Made by a program: the position numbers and the translations under genes. The notes below the pieces were generated by a model, which saw nothing but the letters and a program-made list of their open reading frames with translations, made no database searches and was not told the origin of the DNA. Positions 33,438 to 48,484 of a stretch of 64,000 nucleotides of DNA are shown here, one piece after another. The stretch's first letter is position 1; the number at the start of each line of letters is the position of its first letter. This DNA comes from the human T2T-CHM13v2.0 reference genome, Homo sapiens, in NCBI RefSeq assembly GCF_009914755.1, contig NC_060926.1; one strand, given 5' to 3'.

Positions 33438-33589
33438 TCATCCTAATTCTTTATCAGATTAACTCACATATATATTTTAAAACCCAAATTGTACCACAAG
33501 GTTTATGACTAAAAACACAAGTAACTATCCAGCCACTTCAAATTTTTGATTCCCACTTTCGGTTTGTGTGTCTTTATTATTTCACCTTT

Positions 33590-33915
33590 TCCCCCAACTT
33601 TTTGGAGGTACCATTGACAATTCAAATGTATACACTTAAGGTGTCAAAGTTGATCATTTACTATATGTATACCTTGTGAAATATTCACCAATCAAGCTAC
33701 TTAACATACCCATAATCTCAGGTAGTTACTTTGCGTGTGTTTGTGTGTATATGTGTGTGTGTGTACTTGTGTGCCAAGAACACTTAAAGTCGGCCCGCCT
33801 AGCAAAATTGAAATATACAATACAATATGGTTTACTATCACCACATTGTTCTATGTTAGAGTTCCAGAATTTATTTATCTTGTATAACTGAAATTTTGTA
33901 CCCCTCGACTAACAT
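33590..33915 (-). mobile_element. L1MA/MB 3' end fragment
   Basis: 'caatcaagctacttaacatacc...cagaatttatttatcttgtataactgaaattttgtaccc'. Confidence 0.75.
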
Positions 33916-36489
33916 CCAAAGACAAACACTTTATTTCAGCTGAACACATTCATTTACATTTCTATGTAACATTTCTTGATTTTTTTCTTGATAGTCCTTA
34001 TCTTATCATCAAACATATATATGGTGAACATGGTGTCTCTCCTCTGATCTTCTGACTGTTGTGATGTAATAGTCATCATTTACATTATTAGACTATTATG
34101 GTGACTTATGTAAATCATAAATCATGTTATTTATTGTTCATGTTATTTATTGATCATTTCTGTTTCTCTAATGTTTCTGTTCCCTCTTTCTGAAATTTCT
34201 TTAGTTAGTTGCTAGACATACTGGATCCTATAATTATGTCATTATTATTCTGCAATAGCTAGTTGAAATAGCTTTGGCTTTTTGTTTTGCTTTCTGATAA
34301 TTTTTTATCCTATTTTGCTCTCTTACTCTTCTTCATATGTTATATCTGCTGGACTTTTTAATTGTGTTCTTCTTAATTTGTTTCAGGCTCACCATTCTAT
34401 TCAATCAGTAAATACTGACTGAGCTACTTCTATATTTAAACACTCTTATAGGTCCTGAACTACTTCAGTGAAGAAAATGAACAGTGTCCACTACTCAATA
34501 GAGGTCTCATTCTAGAAGGAGAAATAGAACAAAAAATAAAAAGAGGAAATTATATATGAAATCTCCAGAGTGGAGAAAGTTAGACATTTTAGTCAAGGTC
34601 ATGAGGAAACACCTCAGTGAGAAGGGATGGAATGTGGCTGTCCAGGCAAGGAGCTTCTTGGGCAATAGAAAATCAGTCCTCTCCTGAACTGCATCTGACT
34701 GATAATCTCATATATTGACTTAAAAATGTAAGTATTAAATATGTTTTTAAATGTAAATATGAAATATATTTTTACTCTTCTAGAAGTTGCATTTTATTCT
34801 TAACATTTGTTTGCCATTTTGTAGTCTTTTGTGCCTTACTCATGTTTTTATCACCTTTTTAATGTTATAAATATATTAAACATATTTATTTTATATGTTT
34901 ATGTTGCTTTATATCATTGAATGTTCTATTACTTTTTACTTTTTAAATTTCCCCATTCTCCCCGTTTTTAATTTCTCCATTCTCTCCATTGTCTCGCTCT
35001 CTCTCTCTCGTTGAAATTCATATTTCTTGGAAATCAATCCACGAGAATTCTTTTAATTCAGCTTTGAAGCTGAGCTTTTTATTCTTCAGGCACTTTGGGG
35101 CACTACCAGTTCAGGACTACTTTAAACTAAAGGCTTGGCTAAAGTCACTTAGGAGCACCTCAGTACTATCAATTCAAAATTCAAATCATCTGAGAAAAAC
35201 TTTGGTTACAAATTATAAAGGAAAAAAAATCCCTTCAGTCATTCACTAATTGCCGAAGCTCTTAAGAGGTAACCTATGAGGATTTTTGCATGGGATTTTG
35301 TTTGTTTGTTAGTTTTGTTTCTTGCAAGCCTCTGATAGGTATTTGCAAGACAGAATGATAAGTGTACGGGTAGGTAGAATGGGGAAGGAGAGGGTTATTT
35401 CTAGTTCATTCTTTACCCTGAGGATGTAGCCTAGAAGATGCCTCATATGGACATTTTCTGTCATGCTCATAATTCATGAAACTGTGATAATTGAGGTTCA
35501 AATCCATCCATGTAGCAAATACCCCCAAGATAAAAACTGGTTTCAGTTTTTACTCCCTTCTTTAATTTACTGTGTTCACTTAGCTTTTGGCCTTGCTAAT
35601 TTGCAAACTCATCAATGCGCTTAAAAATATACATTTGAAAATATTTATTCAGCATGTTAATTGTTTCATTTGGGAGTTTCTTCCATACTACTGGAAATAA
35701 AAGCTGCTCCTTTTTTAATGCATAAACTGAGTTCACATTGCATCTTTAGATTTTCATAGTATCACGTGTACTATGATATTTTGTCAATGTTCTTATTCAC
35801 CTTTTAATATATTTACCATCTTTGCTTGATTGAAAATGCCTTTATTTTGCCCTTAGTGTTGGATGAAAGTCAACTGGATACAATAAAATTGTGTAACTGT
35901 TTTTGCGCTCAACATTTTGAGATTATTCTTTTATTCCCTTATAGCATTTAGCATGCTGTTGAGAAATAGGCTGGCAGTTAAACTGACATTGCCTAAGTCA
36001 GTTTTCTTATTTGACACTTTTTAAGATGGCTTCTTTAGGTTTCATATTTTCAGTCTAGTCATCATGTATCTAATTGTAAATTAGAGTTTGCTTTTAACTT
36101 GAAGATTTATTTCTACTACTCTAGAAAATTCTCTACAATGATCTTTCCTTCTATTACCTTTCTGCCATTCTCTTCCACTCTTTTCTTCTAATGCTTGTAT
36201 TACATAAATGTTGCTTTCTCTTTATCTAGCCTCCTGGTTCTTAATTGTGTTCTCACATTTTTAAAAATGTTGCTTTGCTCTACATTATATGTGAGTAATC
36301 TAGTGTTAATTTCCAATTCATTAAATTAATTCATTAATTCACTGAGTCCATTGTAAAACTTTCCTCCTCCTTTTTTTTTTTTTTTATAATGACTGTATTC
36401 TTTTTCTTCTCCCAAGATCCCCTGATTAAGTCTCACTCTTCTTGTTTGTAGTAACAGGAATTGTTGCTTCACTTTAATCCCATAAAGTA

Positions 36490-36885
36490 AACTCTTGTGG
36501 TTGCAGCTGAGAGCTTTCTCTGGCCAAAGGACCATGTTCAGTCCCTATCAGGACAAGCAAAAACTTCTTGGGGTTAACATTCTTGTGAGCAATGCTTATC
36601 AATTAGAGATGAAATCTGATGGACAATTACCTCAAACTTCTTGCCCCTCAGGGGGACAACTTTGAGGCATGTTTGCCCACCTCCCAGGAGTCCTCAGCGG
36701 TATTGGGCGCCAGGTGAGTGCAGTGATACCTGATCCTTAATGCAGTATCTTTTGGCTTCTAGTCCTCCTGCCTCGCTTCCCCAGTCCTGAATGATAATTT
36801 CAAGAATACTCCCATCTTCCAAGTAAGCTGCTTTTACTTAGATTCTGACGTTAAAATCAGTTTTGGGGAAAATCAAACTTCAAAT
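36490..36885 (+). mobile_element. ERVL LTR16-like
   Basis: 'ggacaattacctcaaacttcttgcccctcagggggacaactttgaggcatgtt...ctcagcggtattgggcgccaggt'. Confidence 0.65.
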
Positions 36886-37496
36886 GTCTTCTTTGTTTAT
36901 TAGTTTTCATTGTCACACTTCCACTTATCTACTTGGCTAGGTGCAAAAATATTGTATTTAAAGTCCTTGTTTAATTCATAAATTTATAAGATTTATGAAT
37001 TTTGTTCACAGAAAACTGCTGTCTCAGTTATAGAAGGCTCATTTTAGTAGGAGAGCTTGTTGTGTCCTTGTGTTGCCTTTTTATCCCCTCTCTGCTCAGG
37101 TGTACATTCCTTTCTTTTCATCAGTCTGACATCTTTATAGCTGGGACTCATTAGAAAAAGGTTTGATATTTCTATTTCTGGCCCAATATGTTTTACATTT
37201 TGTTATATATATATATTTATCTCTTCATGACACCTTCTGAGAGAGTTTCTCAGTGAAGATTTTCAGCTTACCAATTTGTCTTTGTGTCCACTTAAATCTC
37301 TATTCCTTGATTGCTTTATCTCAACAATTATTTTATTCAAGTTAAATATTTTCAGTTAGTTCTTCATAACCACCCATTGCTGTTACTCTTATCTTTTTAA
37401 AAGTCTTTGTTGTGCTTGTTTTAAATTGTTGTCCTGGCTACTAGGTTCACTTCCTCTGGTGTAGGGTCTTATTTCTTTTACTGTGCATATAATATC

Positions 37497-37864
37497 TGTA
37501 TTACTCCATTCTCACGCTGCTATAAGGACATATCCGAGACTGGGTAATTTATAAAGGAAAGAGGTTTAATTGACTCACAGATCTGCAAGGCTGGGGAGGC
37601 CTCAAGAAACTTACAACTATGGCAGAAGAAGAAGGAAACACGTCCTTCTTCACATGGTGGCAAAAAGGAGAATGAGTGCCCAGCGAAGGGGGAAGCCCCT
37701 TATAAAACCATCAGATCTTGTGAGAACTCACTATCATGGGAGCAGGGTGGGGAAACCCACCCCTGATTCAATTATATCCACCTCTTCCCTCCCACAACAT
37801 GTGGGGATTATGGGAACTACAATTCAAGGTGAGATTTGGGTGGGGACACAGCCGAACCATATCA
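37497..37864 (-). mobile_element. THE1 solo LTR (MaLR)
   Basis: TGTATTACTCC...CCATATCA termini; TSD atatc/acatc. Confidence 0.92.
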
Positions 37865-39679
37865 ACATCCTTTCTCTCTCTCTGTCTGTCTTTCTCTCTT
37901 TCTGTCTCTCTTCCCCTGAGCTCATCTTTATTCCCCTGAAACTGCCCTCTACCTGGGCTTGGAATGGCAGCCTTGAAGGAAAACAAAAACTGAGCGTTTG
38001 TGAAAATTTGTGGGTCCAGTAGGATGGGCCTTCTTGCTGACTTTATGAACTCTGGGATTCAGCATATACAGCTTTTGTTTTCCTGGGTCTCCTCACCACC
38101 TCATTTCCCTGTCCCAGGCATTGCTCTGCTCTGCTCTAGGGATGAGTACCCTCCTGTACCATTGTCTAAGGGGTCTGTAGGGAATCCTCAGGGTGTTACA
38201 GAACTATTATCACCTATTCCTCACCTCAGTTCTGACACAAACTCATGTTCTTCTCCTTTTGAACAGCACTGCTGCATTCCAGCTAATAGCACAGCTGCAG
38301 CAAAACCTGGGGATCAGAGCCTTAAGATAATGGCTTATTGGGACCAAGAATCTTTTGTGCCCTACTTGCATGCCTGGCCCAGCCCAGCAGCACTTGATAA
38401 ATTCCCCACACATAGTGGTAGAGATGACAGTTTAGGTGCAGTTCTGCCCCATCCCATTCAGGTGGAAACTTCTGGCCACAGCTCTCCAGGGGCAATGCGA
38501 CTTAGCCACATCACCCTGATTCTGTCCTCAGTGTATCTCCTCTATTCCCCCAACCTCTCCTCTAGTCCTCCCCCCGACCTCTCTAGGCCACCAAGTTTCC
38601 TGTATGTCAGGCTCTATGTGCCTTCAATCTCCCTGGGGTTTTTCACAGCTGGGCTCCAGTTATTGACTTGAACTTCACATTGAGTCCACCTTGCTTGGTA
38701 GAAGGAGCTGAAACCCAAGCTGGATTCATCTTGGGAACTGGAAGCCAAATCCCCTCTGGGATAAAAGTACTTAATTAAAAAACCCTGTTGTTTCTTCTCT
38801 TGAAAATGATTGGGAATCAAGAATATAAAAGATAATCCAAGCATGAGATTTTATTTATTTTTTAAAGTTACCAAAAATTTATTTCTTAGAATACTTTGTT
38901 GAATGACAGTTGGTTAATTTCTTTGTATTTTTTAAAAATTGTCTCATAAGTTAATTAATGATTTTGGAATAAAATGATGGATCATCTTTCACACGTAACT
39001 CTATGAAAAAATGACAGATAATTACAAAAAGCTAAATTTAGTATCAATTATCAACAATTCATATGCAAAACCTAGAATATAGTAATAAAATACTGGCACT
39101 AAATATAATTTTAAAATCATATTATAAGAAGTTATAATTTAGAGAAAAGAACAAAAATGACTAAATGGCTTTGTTGCCAAAACCTTCTAAATTAAATACA
39201 ATTTAGAATTTGAGCTTTTGCAAAGCTATAAATGCCACAATGTATGCAATTTTAACCAAACATAGAGATAAGTGAAAGATGAGAATCATGCTCACAAAAT
39301 ATGGTTATGACTTTCTTTGGTGTGACCATTCCCAGCTCTTCTAATGGTTAGAACTTTAAAGAGTATGATTGTCTTGGGAGATGAAAATAAATTTGGGGAC
39401 CTGAAGTGGTAAATAGGGAAAAGGAAAACAATTACTCTGTAGAAGAAGATTGTGTAAATTACAGATTACAAACAACAAGATAGGAAGAGAGAGGAATTAA
39501 CACTTTATCCCTTGTCTCTCCCCAACGGCTGGCTCTTCATGTAGGAAGAAGGCATAGAATCTTCCAAATGCCTAAAGTCTAAATTGACCGCCTAAGTATT
39601 TACATGTCATTACAATTCTGTTCATGCATCAAATCACTTTGATTGATTTTGAATGGTTCTGATATAATCAGCATTTTTT

Positions 39680-39765
39680 ATTTTTATTTTATTTTTTTAT
39701 TATACTTTAAGTTTTGCTGGATTAAGAAAATGTGGCACATATACACCATGGAATACTATGCAGCC
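39680..39765 (-). mobile_element. Micro L1PA insertion with 5' inversion
   Basis: T-rich tail, then reverse L1 3' terminus 'ttatactttaagtttt', then ~49 nt of sense L1 ORF2; 16-bp TSD ataatcagcatttttt (39664-39679 / 39766-39781). Confidence 0.92.
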
Positions 39766-39799
39766 ATAATCAGCATTTTTTAAATGACATCAGTTTACT

Positions 39800-40745
<946 letters not shown>

Positions 40746-40928
40746 AAATGCAGCTTCTAGAAGAGTAAAAATATATTTAATCTTTACATTTTTAAGTCAG
40801 TATGTGAGATTATCAGTAGTTAGATGCAGTTCAAGAAAGGATTGGTTTTCTGTTGCCTAAGAAACTCCTTGCATCGAGAGCCACATTGCTATTTTTCTTT
40901 GACAAAGCAGTATTGTGGGAAAATCAAG

Positions 40929-41031
40929 TTTTCTTCTTTTTCTTTTTTTTTTTTTTGAGATGGAGTTTCACTCTTGTTGCCCAGGCTGGAGTGCAGTGGT
41001 GCAATCTCGGCTCACTGCAACCTCCGCCTCC
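40929..41031 (-). mobile_element. Alu 3' fragment (~75 nt plus tail; Sp/Sq-like)
   Basis: 'gagatggagtttcactcttgttgcccagg...cctccgcctcc' then an abrupt end. Confidence 0.88.
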
Positions 41032-42580
41032 AAATGTTGCTTTTTGCTATACTTAAAAGTTGGAAATTTGATTGTAAAATGTTTAAAACCTTGTTTTATT
41101 TGAATTCAGAATTAGGGCAAATAATTATAGTGGTTTATTATTTTTTGTACAGTAAATACGAGACAGACAAGGAATTAGGACATTTGCAATCCTAGATCCT
41201 CCGACATTAAATGATCAGGGGGAAGTTATTTAACCTGTTTGGGCCTCAGATTTCTCATTTATAAAATGAGAAGTTTGGACAAACTCACTTCAACTCTAAT
41301 ACTATAAGATTATTTGATTATCTTTTTGTCTTCAAGACTTTTTTGATCCTAATTAAGAAGCAGGCTCTTTCTCAAATCCTGATACAATCATTAGACCACA
41401 TGGTATATTTAGTTGGTAACAGACTCATCATAATGTGAAAATGTGTGCAGTGCAATGAGCCCATACACCATGAGTAGCTAATGAACACCCCTTAAAACAA
41501 CATTCCTAAATGAATAACAAAATTGGTGCCAAGAAACACAGATACCTCACCAACACTCCAGCTGTTGATTTTAATCTTAGTTCTATTGCCGCCTAATATT
41601 CCAATGATTTCCCTTTCTTACTTGAAATTAATCAACATTTATGAAGAAAAGAATATCAAATTATAATTATAGAAAAAATGGTCTGGCTTCTTAATCTTCC
41701 TTCTCCATATTTCATCTCCATTTTCATATAAATCTTTCCAAAATGCTTTTCAATGTCCTTTCATCATCCGTCATTTAGTCAAGTAACTATTATTGACAGA
41801 ACAAAAGGGTTTTTCCCCTTAAATTGTCACATCATGGTTAAATTATTTATATTTGAAAACATGATGTGTATCAGATGTGTGGAAACATGAAGTTGATTTT
41901 TCATATTTATTGGTATTTTCATATGTTAGCGCATGTTGGTCCATGGAGACCACCTGGCGTGACTCTTCTGTGATTCTTCCATTCACAGAGGTCAACACCT
42001 TTTTAATAAGGGAATAGCATTCTAGAAGAGATTTATTTAGATATCTCAGATTTATTAAAATGCAGAGTGTGGATTTTATAAATTATTTGATTATAATTTT
42101 CTTTTATTGATGAGGATATTGAGAGATTTATTTCACTTGTGCTATTCAATTTGTACTTTGACCATTTAAACTACTTGTTAAAGTTGCTTTGAAGTTACTT
42201 TTTTGGTTACTGTTCTAAATACGTTATTAGTGCCTTGATCGTGAGTGATTGATCCAACATTAGTGGAAACCTTAAGTGGAAAATAAAATCTTCTAAGCAG
42301 AAATCCTGCTTAGTAGGTCTTCCTTCCTGCTATCCTTTCTCTCAAATAAGAATTTTTATTTTTTGACTCTCAGGTCAAAAGAATTGGATTAATCATAATC
42401 CTTGGTTTGCGATCCAATATTGTAATTGTTCATTGAAAAGAGTCATCTTTTAAAAAATATTTCTGCATGTTTAATAATTTAATAAACACCTTAATCCAAA
42501 GCAGAAATTGGTATTATCTCACCACGTGGTCTTCCTTCTCATCCCCTGCTTGTTCCTAACAAGCTAAACATACTGAATAC

Positions 42581-42880
42581 TTTCTTCTTCTTCTTTTTTT
42601 TTTTTTTTGTTGAGACGGAGTCTCGCTCTGTCGCCCAGGCTGGAGTGCAGTGGCGCGATCTCGGCTCACTGCAAGCTCCGCCTCCTGGGTTCACGCCATT
42701 CTCCTGCCTCAGCCTCCTGATTAGCTGGGACTACAGGCGCCCGCCACTGCGCCCGGCTAATTTTTTGTATTTTTAATAGAGACGGGGTTTCACCGTGGTC
42801 TCGATCTCCTGACCTCGTGATCCGCCCGCCTCGGCCTCCCAAAGTGCTGGGATTACAGGAGTGAGTCACCGCACCCGGCC
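42581..42880 (-). mobile_element. AluY with 12-bp left-arm deletion (AluYd lineage), low divergence
   Basis: 'ggggtttcaccgtggtctcgatctcc'; most CpGs retained. Confidence 0.92.
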
Positions 42881-42939
42881 TCTTCTTTCCTTCCTTTTTT
42901 CTTTGTTCTTCCTGTGCTGTCTTCACTTGCTAATTTTCT

Positions 42940-43760
42940 ATTTTTTTTAGCAGTTTGATTAAGGTATAATTTATATGCCACAAAAGTCACCCACTTAATG
43001 TGAACAATTCAATAGTTTTTGCATATTTACAAAGTTGTGCCTCTATAAACGCTATCATTTTTAGAACATTTCATTACCCTAAAAACAAGCCTGGACTCCT
43101 TAGCTGTCATTTCTTAATCTCTCCACCTCCTCCTCACTCCCATGCCTCCTAAATCCTAGGAAAATATTATCCTGCTTTCTGTCTCCAGATTTGCCTCTTC
43201 TGGACATTTCATTCAATGGAATAATACACCGTGTGGTCCTTTGTGTCTAGCTTCTTTCACTTAGCATGATGTTTTCATGGTTTTTCCACACTGTAGCATA
43301 CGTCAGTACTTCATTCATTTTATGACTAAAGTATATTTTTTGTATAGATATGCCACATTTTATTTATCCTTCCATCAATTCATGGATATTTGGGTTGTTT
43401 GTACTTTCTGGCTCTTCCGAATAATGTGGCTATGAATATTTGTGTACAAGATTTTGTGTGGACTTATGTTTCCACTTATCTTTGGTACGTGTCCAGAAGC
43501 AGAATTGTTGGATAATCTGATAACTCTATATTTAGCAGTTTGAAAAGTTACCAGACTGTTTTTCTAAGCAACTGCATTATTTCATATTTCCACCAAAAGT
43601 GTATGATGGTTCCAGTTTCTCTACATTCTCACCAACACTTGTTATTATAGGTATTTTTTATGAAAATCATCCAGTTGACATATATGTTATCTCATTGTGG
43701 TTTTGATTTACATTTGCTCGATGACTAATAATGTTGAGTATCTTTTCATTTACTAATTTT
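42940..43760 (-). mobile_element. L1MB 3' end
   Basis: 'gatttgcctcttctggacatttcat...cttctttcacttagcatgatgtttt...cattctcaccaacacttgttatt'. Confidence 0.85.
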
Positions 43761-43799
43761 TTTGACTTAATTTATGCTAGTCTGGTATTTACCTTTACT

Positions 43800-45140
43800 C
43801 ACCAATAAAATTTCTCCAGATAAGCACTCCATTGACCTTCATAACTGCTTTTGCCAAATCTAGTGGTAGTTCCTTTTGACTCATCTTACGCAATATCCAA
43901 GTAGAATTCCACCACTTTAAATACCTTATATTTCTCAAAACCCTTTCTTCTCTATGCTGCTGGTGTCCGTGCTACTTTCTACTAGTGTACATACTACATT
44001 TCTACTTTCATAGTGTTTCTCCTGCCTTATTGTCCATTTCTACTGAGTCTCCCCATTGACTCTGTGGTCTTTATTGACCTGACTTTGTTCTTGCAAATCT
44101 CTATGAAATTTACCCTCTAGATGATATTAGATACTAACAGTTCAGTGAACTAAAATACTATCTACATACAGGTAACACCACAAATTATATATCCAGCTTG
44201 ATATAGAAAATATTACAGTTTATAGCCATTTCTAAGGCAGCATAATCCCCTAATTCTATACTTCCTCAATCGGTCTATCTTCCCACCTCAATTTCCCAAT
44301 ATCTCTAAATTACAGCATAACTAATTATCGGCCTGGTAAAGCCCCAAGTTTAGAAATTCTTTGTGATTCCTCTCTCAATCCTTAACATCCAATTAATTAC
44401 CAAGACCTGAATACTTACACTCCCCAAATACTTAAGTACCCCCAATCTTCTCCATCTTAGCTCCCACCACCCCAGTCCAGTCAACTCTCACCTAGTCTAT
44501 TACAACAGAATCCTAATTGATCTTCACATTTACACTCTCTCTCCTCCCACCCAACCCTTCCAATTCATTCTCCAAGTAGTAGTAAAAGTTGTCTTTAAAA
44601 TAAGAATTCACTCACGTCACTTCCCTCTCCAGATCTTTTAATGACTTCATAATACATCAGAAAAAACAATTTGAACTCCTTGCCATTGCCTAAAAGATTT
44701 TGCATGTTTTGTCCCTTCTCCACCTCTCCAAAGTCATATTGCTCACCTAGTCAAAGCTCACATTGAGCCAACACTGTATTTATTTCAATTGCTTGAAGTG
44801 GTCAGCTAGGTATTTCTTAAGGCTTTTGAGTGTGCTGTTGTCTACTTCTGTGTCTTTATCTACTAAGCTGTTTTCTTTTTACTCTTCAGGCTCAACGTAA
44901 ATACCATCTTTTCAGAGAGGCCTGACCACCCCTATATAAATCAGGACTCTGTTTTTCTCTTTGTCTGCACTCTGATTTTTTTCATAGAATTTGCTATAAT
45001 TTACAGATGATGTAATTTATTTTTAATTTATTTTTTTCCCCTCCCTTGGCATCATCTCCTGGTGAGAATGTAAGTTGTATTATGGTAGGGATTATGTGTT
45101 TCCTATTTCTGTTGTCAACACAGAGCTTGGCATTTAGAAG
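43800..45140. mobile_element. Degenerate L2 fragments
   Basis: L2-like 'cattgaccttcata..tgc...ccaaatctagtgg' and 'catcttttcagagaggcc..ccaccccta'. Confidence 0.55.
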
Positions 45141-45499
45141 TTTTATTGCATTTATAAGATTTATTTAGAGGTAAGAAGAGAGAGAATTAGGAAGGGAGAG
45201 GGAAGGAACGAGGGAAGGTGGGAGGGAGGAAGGAATAGCTGCTACATTTTATCTATTAGGTTAGAATTTTCTTTGTATTCTTTTCTAATGGAGAAGTTTT
45301 TCACTTCCCTTTTGTTAGAAAGAAATCCTTCATGCTTGGAGTCCAAAATGAAACTGTAACATCCCATTAAGCAGAAATATGAACCACTCTTTGTGCCACA
45401 TCATTAACCATCCCTATGGCAACAGTATGTAGTACGTTTCAATTTTACCAATCCATACCTAATACAATGTAGGTTAAGACAGCTAAAACAAAAGAAGTA

Positions 45500-45720
45500 T
45501 ATCTGCATCTGGAATTGAAAGCACTAAGTTCCAGCCCCAGTTCTGCCATTCATTAGCTCTATAACCTAGGACAAATCGTCTAACCTCTTTCTGTCCAAAC
45601 AGCTTATCTGAAAATGAAAATAACATGTCTTTCCTATTCACTTTCAAGATTGTGGTAAAAACGAAATGAAGTAATATACAAAAGGCTTTTATAAACTTGA
45701 AGTACTATTTTGAATGTTAT
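45500..45720 (+). mobile_element. MIR
   Basis: 'gttccagccccagttctgccattcattagctctataacctaggacaaatc..taacctct'. Confidence 0.65.
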
Positions 45721-46909
45721 ATAATTTTTGCTGAAATTAGGGTTAATGTCTTTTTTGTTTTACATTTTACTCTCAGTCCAGTTCTATACATATAAGACAT
45801 GCTTAATGCTATATCAACTCGCATATTTTGTGTTCTTTATTTCAAGTAGCAGTTTCTATCTCTGTTTATCACTGTAATGATAATATCGGCATATAATCGT
45901 AATGGAATTCTGTGCTTTCTTCATATAGTACCTGTTAATGTGGGCATATGTCATATTAAAAGTATTCTATAAATTATAAAATATAATTATCAACCTATCA
46001 ACCATAGAAATTTACGTTGTTAAAATTAAAACAGAAAATGTTTAAATAATAACTAAGAGATCTAAGCAATGAGTTCCCTGTTTAATTAAATACAATTTGG
46101 AATTCAAATAAAAAGATACAAGCAAATAGCATATTTCTTTTTAACTTTTATGACAATGATGAGAACTTTGCACTTATTAAACAGACCATTAGGAACCTAT
46201 ACTTATATCAGGGATCCAAGACAACACCATAGTGTTCTCCAAGGTTAACTGAGATTTATGTAATGATCCAGTTAATTTCTTTGACATAACTATCTCAAAG
46301 CAAACTTTCATGTTGACATCTGAGCCTTCTAAATGACTTTCTAACTGTATGAAAAATCCAGTCAGGCTACACCCATGTCCCTACTGCCCTTCTTTGTAAA
46401 CAGGCTGTTTTGGTAAAGTAAAAAGCTACATTCTTTTTAGGCATGATGGTATGGCTTAGACTTCTCAAAACTTGCTTTAAAAATATGTTAATTAATATTC
46501 AACATATATATTCAGAAGAGGGTTTTTTGCTACCACACATCGAGTTAAATTATACCCAAATTGCCCATTTGGATATAAATGTTGTTGTCATTTTCATCAA
46601 GGGTATATCAGGTAGTTCTCTTTTTCACATACAATTGTAGTAATCCAATTACTAGGATAATGACTTTGCAGGACTGATTGATTGCAAACTGGAACACAGT
46701 TTTTCTCTTTGTAAATATAATTGTTTTACTGTAACAGGCTTGAAAGTCTTTTGCATCATGAAAGGATCTCAATTCTCCATTCCATGTGCAAGCAGCACAC
46801 AGAAGCCTAAAGCAGGCTGAGTCAAAGATTCAGCAGCTACATGGAGTAAAACATAAATTCACTGTGATGTTGTATTAAAGGTGGTTAATATGAAATACTC
46901 TTCTATCCT

Positions 46910-47140
46910 AGGTGCAGTATATAGATTAAGAAATGTAAGAGTTTATAGTCTTCGAATCAGTGTACCTAGAATTTCCTTGCTCCACCACTCATGTTGGGAA
47001 AATTAGTAAGTTCTCTATGCTTTCCTTTCCTCTTTTGTAGAAGATGAGTAATGGTAAAAATTACCTCACAAGATGCATGAGCATTAAACATGAGATAATA
47101 CATGCAAAGTGCCTGGTAGAGAAGTGAGCAAGCACTTAAT
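46910..47140 (+). mobile_element. MIR
   Basis: 'ttacctcacaagatg..tgagcattaaacatgagataatacatgcaaagtgcctgg'. Confidence 0.6.
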
Positions 47141-47965
47141 TTCACCATTGAATCAAATTCTAATTTGTGAATTTCATTCAGTTGCTTCTATGCCACCTTT
47201 GAAAAAGCCTGAAAACCAGTCAGTTTTGGTAACCTAATATGCCCCAATTTCTTTACGGGTAGAAGGGATCCAAGATAGATCATAGGCAAAATTGTGGGCT
47301 ATGACACAATTTTCTTTTGCAATTTTCTCTCTTTTTTTTTGGTTCTATGAACTTCCATCCTGCCAGGTGTCTGCTGAAAGTCATTTCTCCAAAAATAATT
47401 TTTGTTGTTTGCCAACATTGGGCAAAACATTGTACCAGAGTTTTAAAAAGAGAATAAAATATGTCCTCTTTTCTCAAGAAATTGACAACGTAATAGGAAA
47501 GAAATGATATTGGTTAAGTTTATGAAACATAAATAGGAATAAATAAATTATAGTGGAAGACAGTAGAGAAGATATCACCATATAAGCATGATTGATATGC
47601 AAAGTCCCTTTTCATTTGATCCTTCTGTTAATTTAGATCAAAAGGAATTTGTCTATACTACATAATCTGAGTTTCCACAAAAATGCCTATTATGACATTT
47701 TTTAATTAAAGTGATCTCGTAGACACTTCTTTGGAATCCCTAAAACTCATGGAGCATTGACTGGAAACCAGTATGGAGAGGAAGCATGGTGTTTCCTCTT
47801 ATAAGCACTGTCTTACTCAATTCTAGAATGAATGCTTTGCGACCCATTAGGAGACAAAGCTAGATCCCCTCAAGACTAGTGCATGTTTATTAAATAAAAG
47901 ACAGTGCCTAGACATAGTTGGGTGCTCAAAAAGTGTATATTTAATTAAACACCAGACAAACCTTC

Positions 47966-48484
47966 TGATAGTTAATTTTATGTGTCAACTTAAATGGGTC
48001 ACAGGATGCCCAGATGGGTGGTTAAATATTTCTGTGTATAGACGTGAGGGTGGTTCCAGAAGACCCTAGCATTGGACTTGATGGATGAGTAAAGCAGATG
48101 CTTCTCCACAAAGTGGATGGTCATCATCCAATCTGTTGAGGGCCTGAAGAGAGCAAGAAGGCACAGGAAGGTTGCATTAACTCTGCCTGATTTATTCAGA
48201 GCATCAACCTTCTCCTGCCTTCAGCATTTCTGGTTCCTGGGCCTTCAGACCCAGACAGAAGTCTGTATAGTACTGATGGGCTGGCTCTCAGAGATTTGAA
48301 CTATACCACTGGCTTTCCAGGGTCTCCAGCTTACAGACTGTGGGACTCTCTGCCTCTATTATCCCCAGAGTCAGTACTTTATAATTAACACACACACACT
48401 CACACACACACACAGACACACACACACACACACACACACACAATCTCCCGTTGGCTCTTTCTCTGGAGATCTCTGATGAATACA
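47966..48484 (+). mobile_element. ERVL MLT2 LTR containing a (CA)n tract
   Basis: 'tgatagttaattttatgtgtcaactt...atccaatctgttgagggcctgaa...tctctggaga..ctctgatgaataca'. Confidence 0.85.

Noticed and set aside
37570-38022. 150-aa ORF
   Set aside because: Read-through of a THE1 LTR
38000-38671. 223-aa ORF, the longest non-L1PA ORF
   Set aside because: Non-ATG start, no recognisable domain, and it lies in what looks like decayed repeat sequence; likely chance
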